Assembly: GCF_009914755.1 (NCBI RefSeq)
Contig: NC_060941.1
DNA: 64,000 bases
Reading direction: 5' to 3' (one strand)
Origin: the human T2T-CHM13v2.0 reference genome, Homo sapiens
The translations under genes were made by a program, and so were the position numbers. Positions 53,660-64,000 of the stretch are shown one piece after another. The number at the start of each line of letters is the position of its first letter. Within the stretch, counting starts at the first letter, position 1. The notes beneath the pieces are model-generated. The model was given only the letters and a program-made list of their open reading frames with translations. It was not told the DNA's origin and made no database searches.

Positions 53660-54870
53660 TAAAACCCACCAGATATTGAAGAAAAAATATGTAGAGTATC
53701 TCAATTACAAATGTTGATACTAAAATGCCAAATAAAATAAAAATAAAATCCAACAATATTTGAAACAGTAAGACAAGAAATTGGCAAAAAAAAATAAAAA
53801 AAATATCCACCTTGGGGATGAAAGTGTGTTTGCACATTTGGTAATCCAATAATATTAATAATCATATTGATTATCCCAAATTAAAGATAAATGGGGGATT
53901 CTCAGTACATGCTAAAATATATTTGTTAAAAGGCAATATTCATGTCTTTAAAGATTTTAAATGCTCTAAAGAGTCTGATATTCTACATGCAAAAATGTGT
54001 ATGTCCATTAGAAGAGGAGAGGCCTGATTTTCATGTGTTACTACATAGAGATAGAGAAGTGGATAGATGGATTTGCATATGCATAGAGAAAGCATAAAAT
54101 AGAAATTGACTATCATATTCAAGGAATTTTAATTCAACAATAAAATAATTCAAAGGTAAAATTTTAAATATTTTTAACAGGTACATTATTAATATTAGAT
54201 AATGTTTATAATAATTGTGAAAATATTCAATGCTAAAATAAGATACAATGTCTAAACATCAGTATTAAAACTAGTATAAATATTTGCTTGTTTATACGAA
54301 GAAAATTCAAGCTCGACCTAAAATTATATGGGAAATAAAAGAAAAATTTTAAGGGAGCTCTTTAATAACATAATCATATGTATATATACACAGACACATA
54401 TACCATGTATATATGTTATATGGGATAGATATAGATTTAACATGTTATATCTATATTTGTATCTATAACTACAGCTGTATGTATCTAAATTTCTATATCT
54501 TTACTCAGTGATATAAATATAGACTGGAATAAATATAAGGACACATATGATTCTTGGATAAAAAGGATTTAGTATCATAAAGACAAATTCTTTCCAAATT
54601 CACTTATGAATTCACAACAATATACAGTTTCATTAGTATACTTTAAAATTTTTAAATAAATTCCAAGATTCATTTAAAGGAATATACATGTATACAAGCA
54701 GTCAAAAAAGAAGCAAGAGTGCACTAAACTAACTTGCTATTAAAATACATTTTTAAACTTAGTCACTAAAACTGAGCAGTACTGATTTGGAGTACTGGAA
54801 TTTTGGTATATGGGATCTCAAAAGCACAGAGCTCAAAGGAGACCCCTGTATGCACAAGAGCTTAGGATGT
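53660..54870 (+). mobile_element. Highly decayed L1ME-type ORF2 fragments with an internal TA-rich tract (~54370-54520)
   Basis: AAATGTTGATACTAAAATGCCAAATAAAATA..AATCCAACAATAT and TTCTTGGATAAAAAGGATTTAGTATCATAAAGAC..TTCCAAATTCACTTATGAATTCA follow the order of L1 ORF2 motifs. Confidence 0.5.
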
Positions 54871-55532
54871 GCTTTGGAAGGCATTACCAAACTGCGGGCA
54901 AAGTTACTTTAGTGTCTTAGTCTTACTAGGTTTGAAAAGCCAGAGAAAAGACTCAAGACCACCATATAAGAGCAAAACAAAAGGACAGGGAGAGAATGTG
55001 AAGATACTGAAACATTTTACATAAAGTTGTATAAAACATCCTTTAAAGAAAATGTAAAGTTTAGGATATACATCAAAATCAGCAGAGCCACTAAATAAAT
55101 AAATAGGCATTGTAAAATAGCAAGAGAAAATTTAAATGGATTTCTAAAAAATATTGACACCTATGATTTTTAAAATATGTTTAAGAAATGCCGTATTACA
55201 CAGGGCAGCCTTTCACAACACAGATATGTTAGGACATAAAGGTCCTTCTGTTTTTAATTTGCTAGTGTTTATAGGGTTACAAATGTCTTCTACCTTTGTC
55301 TTTTGTCTGATGGTGGAAAAAATTTTCATAAGCATATATTTCTGAATGCCTGATGGATTGACATATATAATATGCTGCTAGTATTAAAATATGAGACAGA
55401 AATCGCATCCAATCTTCTCACTGTTTACATAAATTCTACGTTTCTCCTATTTACCTCAAGCACGTATGGAGCGAATTCTTACCTTTTAATATTGCTATGG
55501 CATTCACATTGAACATAAGTTGAACTCTCTCG

Positions 55533-56668
55533 TATGGTAGCTGGGTTCAGATTCCCTTGACAATTTCCAGTTCTAACCCTCACAGTTCCTCAGTGTGGCT
55601 GGCCCAGATATTGACCCTACACAGTTGCCTCCTCCTGGTGACTACCAGCTATGGAACCGTTGGATACAACCTACCTGACTCACCCCACAGACCTCACAGC
55701 GCACATGGACAGCCCCCACACCCAGAGTGACCTGCTCGGTTGCAGCGGGAGTCAAGAAATGTGCGTGCTGGCACTCACCCCACCGACTAATGCCCCGTGG
55801 AAAACTTATTTGGGTAATGTTCTGGGCCCAATAAAGGCTGGAGTCCCACAGACCCCTTTTCTCTCTCCTGCTCCCCACTCATCTTCCCCATTTTGTTCAG
55901 CCCTATGAGGTGTGCTACTGTATTAGTCCATTTTCACACCACCGGTAAAGACATGCCCGAGACTGGGTAATTTCCAGAAGAAAGAGGTTTAATAGACGCA
56001 CAGTTCCACATGGCTGGGTAGGCCTCACAATCATGGTGCAAGCTGAAAGGCACGTCTCACATGACAGCAGACAAGACAAGAGAGCTTGTGCAGGGAAACT
56101 CCCCTTTATAAAACCATCAGATCTTGTGAGACTTATTCACTATCAGAAGAACAACCTGGGAAAGACCTGCCCCCATGATTCAATTGCTTCCCACCTGTTC
56201 CCTCCCACAACATGTGGGAATTCAAGAAGAGATTTGGCTGGGGACACAGTTAAACCCTCTTCTCGGCTACCCTCTTCTCTCTGGATCTGTGAGAAATAAA
56301 CCTACTTCTGTGATTTCCCATGTTTGGTTCTGTGGCCTCCATGTGTCTGAGCTGACCTACACTGGAACCTAACTCTCCTCCTGGCCAGGGTCTCTGAGAG
56401 TGGCTCTTGTCAGAAATACACAGGACACAGGTCAGGCAACAGTCACCAGGCATCTGTTGAGACCAGGAAATCTCAACAGATGTTCTGTGAGAGGGAGGCC
56501 TGGTCGTGGGATGCACACCTGGCCACTGCTGGGGTAAGGAAGTGTCCTGTGAAAGGCACATGTTAAGCATCCACAACCCCCTGCCCAGAACCCCAGAAAG
56601 GCAGGGCTGCAATTGACAGTCACTCTCCAGAGACAAACCTCAAGCCCTAACTGGAGGAAAAGAAAACA
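55533..56668 (+). mobile_element. ERVL LTR of the MER54/MER73/MER74 family, split by THE1
   Basis: GAACCTAACTCTCCTCCTGGCCAGGGTCTCTGAGAGTGGCT..GGACACAGGTCAG..CCTGTGAAAGGCACA..CACTCTCCAGAGACAAACCTCAAG..GAGGAAAAGAAAACA. 5' boundary approximate. Confidence 0.75.
55919..56256 (-). mobile_element. THE1B-like MaLR solo LTR
   Basis: TGTATTAGTCCATTTTCACAC..GAGACTGGGTAATTT..CAGTTCCACATGGCTGGG..AAAACCATCAGATCTTGTGAGACTTATTCACTATC..GGGGACACAG. 5-bp TSD GCTAC at 55914-55918 and 56266-56270. Confidence 0.93.
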
Positions 56669-57650
56669 ATGTAAAAAGTTGAATTTATCTTACTATTTCA
56701 ATGATCCAGTAAAGACTTTCTATGCCTGTACACCACATATTTTCTTCGATTGTGGATTTATTTTAGATAGAATTTTAGGTCTTGCTTTCACTTTAGCCTG
56801 GTCCCTACCTCAAGCATAAGGTAAAGATTTTCCATGCGTTCTTTTCTGGTACTACTACCTGCCAGTGTGGGGTCATGTCCTAGTCTATCTTGAGGGAATC
56901 CCCCTGTTCATTACTGTCAGAGTGAGACTGTTAAGCCTTGATTTCCCTGGACAACTTCACTGCATGACTTTTAATATGATTTTTTAATATACCCTTTACT
57001 GGACAATAAATTATATAGTTATCTGAGTAAGAGATATGGTCAGGAAGAGGCATTGTCTCATTCAGCTTTTCTCTTTGGTGAACTCACATATGTTCTCCTC
57101 ACCCGCCAGTCACCTCTAAACCGTATTGTTCCAAGACAACAAACAGAACTCGAGTGTGTATCTTTCACCACTGGATTTGTGTTTGCTCCATAAAGCTTCA
57201 TGGTTTACAGGGTTTCTGTTAGCATTTCCTCTATTTATTTTCCCATAAAATATCACAGGCCTTCTTCATATGGAATTATGGGTGATTTCCTTCAATCTGC
57301 ATCATATCAAGTTGAGGACATGTTGATGAAAAGTAAAACATACGTTTAAAATATCAGTAAGGATGTTTTCCCCTCATTTTTAGCACCTGTGCTTGTGATA
57401 CAAGCACAATTTAATACAAGTGTAGTCTCATGCTTTGATCATTCCTATGATGAAAATAACATTATTAGATAAAATATCTGAGTTTTATGAGGCCTTTAGT
57501 ATGTGATGTGATAGAATATCAGAAGACCATACTTTTTTCTAGTTTTCCGTGCAATTCTATCATTGTTTCATCTTTACTCCTACCAGAGTAATTTTCCAGA
57601 ATAGATATCTTGTCATTCTTCCTGTTTTTATCAGTAAATAAGTGAAATGA

Positions 57651-58150
<500 letters not shown>

Positions 58151-59132
58151 TGGAAGCTGATTTTTAAAATACTGAGATCATATAGATGACAGCAACTGAA
58201 AAATAGACAACACCAAGCTTTATGTTAAAAGGTGTGAGTGTATCAATATTGTTGTGGCTATTGGGGAGGAAAACATTAGTGAAACCAGTAAGTTAAAGCT
58301 CTTGCTTTAAACTTTGGCTTTAATTTAACAAATGTTCTATGGAGTGACAGTATGTATGTAACCATGCTATGCCCATTCTCAGATGCAGTAGAGGGAAGAA
58401 TTTCTCAAAGACAACTGTTCTAAGACTCAAATTAAACCGTACTGGGTTTGAAAACAGAAAGTCCAGGAATTACCAAATATTTTAGATATCAGATACAAGA
58501 GAATGCCAGGTATGCGATGATAATCAGCAATGGTTGTTCACACAATACATCAAATCAGTATTTGAATTAGCTTTTGAATTACAAGGACAAATGGATCAAG
58601 TCTAGACTCTTTAGTAGATAAATCTTATTAGGCTGAGATGTGTTTTCCCGTTTTTCCACAAGGAGATTACAAATTTGTAAACCTCAGCTGCTCTCATTTT
58701 ATGCTCTCACCAAGCCAAAAGCTGAAGTTCATCAATCAGTGTGTCTAAGTGTTCACTGGTTATATACCATTTTGTAGTTTCAGCTATCTTTCCAACTTCC
58801 TGAATCCTCACCTTCATTTGATCCTGTTTTTTTCCACTATCACTTCTTTATTGACCATATAAAGAATATAAGTAAGTTCTTATTTTGTTATTGTTCATTT
58901 TAGCCCAATTTCATCAAAAGATCACAATCTTTTAATTTCATTTTAATTTCAAAGATTAAATGAAACCTACATAGAAATGAGTGCAAGATTTGCATTTGCA
59001 TTATTTTGGCATCAATTTGCTATCCTCCCTCATGCACATAGAGATCATTTCCATGTACGTGATTTCAAACATCCAAGTGCAGTATTAAAAGCAGTTGTAA
59101 ATTATGGTTCTCATTTTGATGATACACTTACA

Positions 59133-59950
<818 letters not shown>

Positions 59951-60037
59951 GTCATAATCTGTTTACCTGCAGATTAAAGAGTTCTTTATTTTTCTGTCTC
60001 CCTCTCTTAATTTTTTTAAAAATAATATTAATTGTAG

Positions 60038-60679
60038 TAAAGAGAAAGGAAGAAAAGAAAACAAAGAAAGAAAAAGAAGGAAGGAAAGAAGGAAGGAAGT
60101 AAAGAAAGAAAGAAGAAAGAAAAGAAGGAGGAAATGAGGGAAGGAAGGGAGGGAGGAAGGGAGAAAGGCAGGAAGGGAGAAAAAAGAAAGCATGAACACA
60201 AGAAAGAAAGAAGGAAGGAAAGAAAGAAAGAAAGAAAGAGAAAGAAAGAGAGAAAGAAAGGAGGAAGGGAGGAAGGAAAGGAGGAAGAGAGAATGGTAAA
60301 AGGGAGGAAGGCAAAGAAACAAAGAAAATAAAGAGGCGAAGGAAGGAAGGAAAAAGAGGAAAGGAAGGGAGGGAGGAAGGAAGAAAATGAGGGTGGGAGG
60401 AAGGGAGAAAAAAGGAAAGAAAGCAAGAACGTGAGAAAGAAAGAAAGAATATGAGTAAAGAAGGAAGAAAAGGGAGGGAGAAAGAAGGGAGGGAGGAGGG
60501 AAGGAAGAATAAGAGGAAAGAAAGAAAGAAGGAAAGAAGGTAGGAAGGAGAAAAAAAGAAAGAAAAGAAGGAAAGGAAAAGAAAAAAGAAAAGAAAAGGA
60601 AGAGGAAAAGAAGAAAGGAAGGAAGAAGGCAAGGGAAGGGAAGAGAAGAGAAAGGAAGATGGAAAGAGAGAAGGAAGAA
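60038..60679 (+). repeat. GA-rich polypurine low-complexity tract (GAAA/GGAA/GGAG mosaics)
   Basis: About 640 bp of almost only A and G, with scattered pyrimidines. Confidence 0.95.
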
Positions 60680-60734
60680 CGCAAGTATTAGAAATTCTGG
60701 GTTTGTTAGAGAATATGCCATACTGTTTTTTTTT

Positions 60735-61400
60735 TTCACTTGAAAGGAAAGAGTATCTGCCATTGAAGATTGGATGTCTTGTTGGTGATATTGTTGTTCT
60801 TATCTTCCACGTGATTACTGAGTTTGTGCCTTGTCTTTCCGTTACTAAGACAAAAGTGTTGATGTCGGCAAATATAATTTTGGATTTTTCTAGTTCACCT
60901 TTGATTTCTTTCCTGTTTTACCTCATGTATTTGGAGGTTCTGTTGTTAGTTGCGTACCCTAATTAGGAGGATGTTTACATCTTCTTGAGAATTGATTATT
61001 CTATTATCTATTATCTCTCATCTCTGATACTATTTCTTGTTCCGAACTCTGTTGTGTCCAATATCAATATAGTCCTTCCACAGCCTTATTTTAGTGTTTC
61101 CATGTTATGGCTTTCTCCATATCTTGATGATAACCTATTTATATCTCTATATATTTGGAACAAGATATAAAATTTAGACTTGATTTTTTAAAGATTTTTC
61201 AAGTTGTAATTCTTATTTCTTTTTGTTCTATTTGACATTCTCTGAGTTTCCTATATTTGAAGTTTGATTTTCCGTCACTTCTTTTAGAATATTTTTGGCA
61301 GTTACTTTGAAAAATATTTCCTTTGCTCCATTATTTTTCCCTCTTTTCTTTTTGGGATTTCAATCATAACTAGAGTAGGTAATTTCATCTCAGTCTTATG
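60735..61400 (-). mobile_element. Ancient L1M fragments (ORF2 endonuclease region, then ORF1 region)
   Basis: AAATATAATTTTGGATTTTTCTAGTTCACCTTT..CTCATGTATTTGGAGGTTCTGTTGTTAGTTGCGTAC..TCTTCTTGAGAATTGA..TGTCCAATATCAATATAG is the antisense L1 endonuclease-region signature. Confidence 0.7.
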
Positions 61401-61601
61401 CTGGTACTTTTTCTCAGGGTCTCAGGAATGTAACCTTCTCACACTTCTGTTCTTTCCCTGGCTGTGTTGGTGAGCTCAGTGATATTCCTCCTTCACCTTC
61501 AAGAGCAGTTTTGTTTTGTTTTTCCTGTTTTCATACTCCCAGCATCAGGAGTATTCTAAGTGTGGCAGTTTTTGTTGCCTTCCCCTACATATTAAGTGGA
61601 A

Positions 61602-61881
61602 TATCTTGGTCTATTTGGACTCTTATGACAAAATAAAATAAACCGGGTAACTAAAAAACAACAGATATTTCTTTTTTCACACTTCTTGAGGCTGTAAGAT
61701 CTCAGGTCAAGATGCTCACAAATTCAGTGTTGATGAGAGCCCATTTCATGGTTCATAGATGGTGCCTTCTTTCTATGTCCTCACATAGTGGAAGGCACAC
61801 AAGAACTCCATTGAGCTTCTTTTATAAAGGCACTAATCCCATTCATAAGGGCTCGGCCCCCAAGACCTGGTCACCTCCCAA
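61602..61881 (-). mobile_element. MLT1A-like MaLR LTR fragment
   Basis: GGTTCATAGATGGTGCCTTCTTTCTATGTCCTCACATAGTGGAAGG..TTTTATAAAGGCACTAATCCCATTCATAAGGGCTC..TCACCTCCCAA. Confidence 0.85.
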
Positions 61882-62252
61882 GTGTTCTGCTCTCCCTGAT
61901 CTGTGTCATATACAGACTCTCTTGGATTCCTTACCAATTGCTTGAGAGATCGCAGTGGGTTTGTGGGGAAAAAGTTTTCAAGATGATGGATCTTTCCCAA
62001 CTTCTGCAGCTGTCAGCGGTCTCCCAATCTCACCAGCCCCACTTTGTCTTTAGGAATTTATTGATTATTCCAGCTTTACTTGTCATAGTGGTGTCTATTT
62101 GCATCTGTCCTATGTAAGTGCATCTGTCCTCTTTCTCCTTGCAGGTGCAAGTACTCAGGAGTACACTATTGTTACTAATAACTCCGTATTGGTTTGTACA
62201 TTGTCAAAGATCAAAGAACATTTTTAAAGATAAAAAAAATTCTTGGAGGTTG

Positions 62253-62871
62253 TGTAATGAAGGGTTAATTCTGCAGACATGGCTTTCCAAAACCTTGCAC
62301 ATTCCAAAGGTCTTCAGGACTGGCCCTTGACAGGCTCCTGGGAGATAATAACCTATGAGCCCTTGGTATATGTTGCCTGATGAGAGTCTTTGTATACCTG
62401 AAAACGTAGGTCATATCAAATAGCTGATGCTAACAATGTGATTTCTTGTGAGCATCTGTTTCTGTATGCCTATGACTTTGTGTAATGCCATATGAATATG
62501 ACCTCTTTTAGGGCATAGGGAGGTTGGCAACTAAGTAGCTAAGTTCAGTCACAGGACGCTCAATGCATATGTGGTGGAATCCTAATAAAAACCCTGGACT
62601 CAAGACTGACTGAGCTTCCCTAGTTGGCAACAAGTTCACACATGTTGTCTCACACCATTGTAAAGAAAATTAGTCAGTGTGAAATCCCCACTATGAAAGG
62701 ACACCTGTAAGCTCACATCTGGTTTGTCCTGGACTCAACTTTATGTGCTTTTATGCTTCTGATTATTTTAATCTGGTTTCTTTCACTGTTAGAAACTATA
62801 ACCACAAAAAAATCAGCTTTCTTGGGTTATGCGAATCATTAAACCAAAGGGGGACTTGGGGACCCCCAATA
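62253..62871 (+). mobile_element. MER68/MER21-family ERVL LTR
   Basis: TGTAATGAAGGGTTAATT..CCTTGCACATTCCAAAGGTCTTCAGGACTGGCCCTTG..CTCCTGGGAGAT..AATAAAAACCCTGGAC..CTTGGGGACCCCC. Confidence 0.75.
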
Positions 62872-62911
62872 AAAAGTATATATATTCTTAAAAAAAAAAA
62901 AGAAAACTGGC

Positions 62912-63368
62912 TACAGCAGATATTGCTGATGACTTGTCTTGTATGTCCTGGACTCAATGCGTTCACCTGAAATTCACCTGTTTCCAGCTAACTGAGTGCT
63001 CCCCACATCATGCCTGTCTTTCTGATTTTTGGGCCTGCCTGCAAGCTTCTTGAGGCTAACCAGTGCTTCTCAACCACACATAGGAACAAAGAAGGAGTTA
63101 GGGGTGGAGAGTTAATGATTCTAAGGCAATCCTTAAGCAATAATAGATGGGGATTCCAGCATCACCATCTCTTTGTAAAGTTAGTTTGAGACAATCTCCA
63201 TACCTCCATCATTACTGAGCACATAGCAGTAACTACTCATTCACACTGGCTTCATGTTCTGTTTCATTTTCTCCATTTCTGTGTTTTCTCACTCAATTTC
63301 TGATTAAAGTATCTGACCCCAGATATTTGTTTCATAGTCTATTTTTGAGGGAATCCAGAGCCAAGACA
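62912..63368 (+). mobile_element. ERVL LTR, LTR33-like
   Basis: Starts TACAGCAGATATTGCTGATG (cf. TGTAGCAGATGCTG) and ends GAGGGAATCCAGAGCCAAGACA (cf. GGGAACCCAAACTAAGACA). Confidence 0.6.
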
Positions 63369-63500
63369 ATAACAACGGGAGGTTTGCAATGAGGGAGGGT
63401 GAGTATAATCATCAGAAGGTTACCTACCTCACTGGGAACATGAAGGCCTGGAGAGCTTGCTGTTTCAATGAGAGAAACATGTTGAATCTCAGTTCAATAC

Positions 63501-63537
<37 letters not shown>
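63501..63537. repeat. Compound (AT)4(TG)15 microsatellite
   Basis: ATATATAT followed by an uninterrupted TG run, 63508-63537. Confidence 0.97.
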
Positions 63538-63538
<1 letters not shown>

Positions 63539-63931
63539 AATAAGACGTGCCCTTTACTTATATCAAAGGAAAGTGCTCTTTACCTCTCTTTGTTGTGTTT
63601 TTATCACTATTGCCTACACAAGCAGAATATCATACCCAGGATTTAAAGCCCTCTCTGCAGGATTTTCAAGCTCATGTTTTTATCATAAGTTACTCTGCTT
63701 CCATGTGTTTTAAATCTAATCCTCATTCCTCTGCTTTTACACCAGAGAATTCATCACTGACTTATTTTTGACTGACCTCCTTATAGAGCTGTCAAGTACA
63801 CAATTTCTGCTGTGACCTTTCTCTTAGAGTTCAGTCATATAGCCTCTCACTAGGTATCATTTCCTCTTATCTTTCCTAATAATAAATTGTCAGTTAAAAC
63901 TCAATATTTTTAAGATTGAGCTTACCATCTG

Positions 63932-63946
63932 CACACACACACACAC
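63932..63946. repeat. (CA)7 microsatellite
   Basis: CACACACACACACAC. Confidence 0.9.
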
Positions 63947-64000
63947 CATTATTGGTGTACTCTCATAGCCTTGAAACACTAATGTCACGTTGATGTCTGC

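Noticed and set aside
59952-60763. 218-266 aa F/L/S/P-rich ORFs on - and a K/R/E-rich ORF on +
   Set aside because: Polypyrimidine and polypurine sequence lacks stop codons by composition.

Overview
This is primate (human or great-ape) pericentromeric DNA, with no supportable protein-coding gene. Bases 1-~27,712 are a diverged Human Satellite 3 array reading (GGAAT)n on +. It is built from two alternating sub-types with about 2.0 kb and about 1.7 kb higher-order periods. At 27,711-27,714 the array switches in a single step to Human Satellite 2 in the opposite polarity (CATTC/GATGATTCC on +, about 7.4 kb), through a small perfect palindrome. HSat2 ends in about 265 bp of (CATTC)n/(CACTC) carrying a ~60-bp Alu fragment. 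The remaining ~28.6 kb is an AT-rich, transposon-dense flank: old L1 and L2 fragments, Tigger3a, MER20, ERV1/ERVL/MaLR solo LTRs, three Alus and a ~640-bp polypurine tract. The long ORFs in the track are repeat artefacts or L1 remnants. The most interesting candidate is the inverted HSat3/HSat2 junction, where a read-through transcript could fold back into a long imperfect dsRNA. Repeat subfamily names come from recalled consensus sequences, not a database search. The chromosome cannot be assigned from this window alone.
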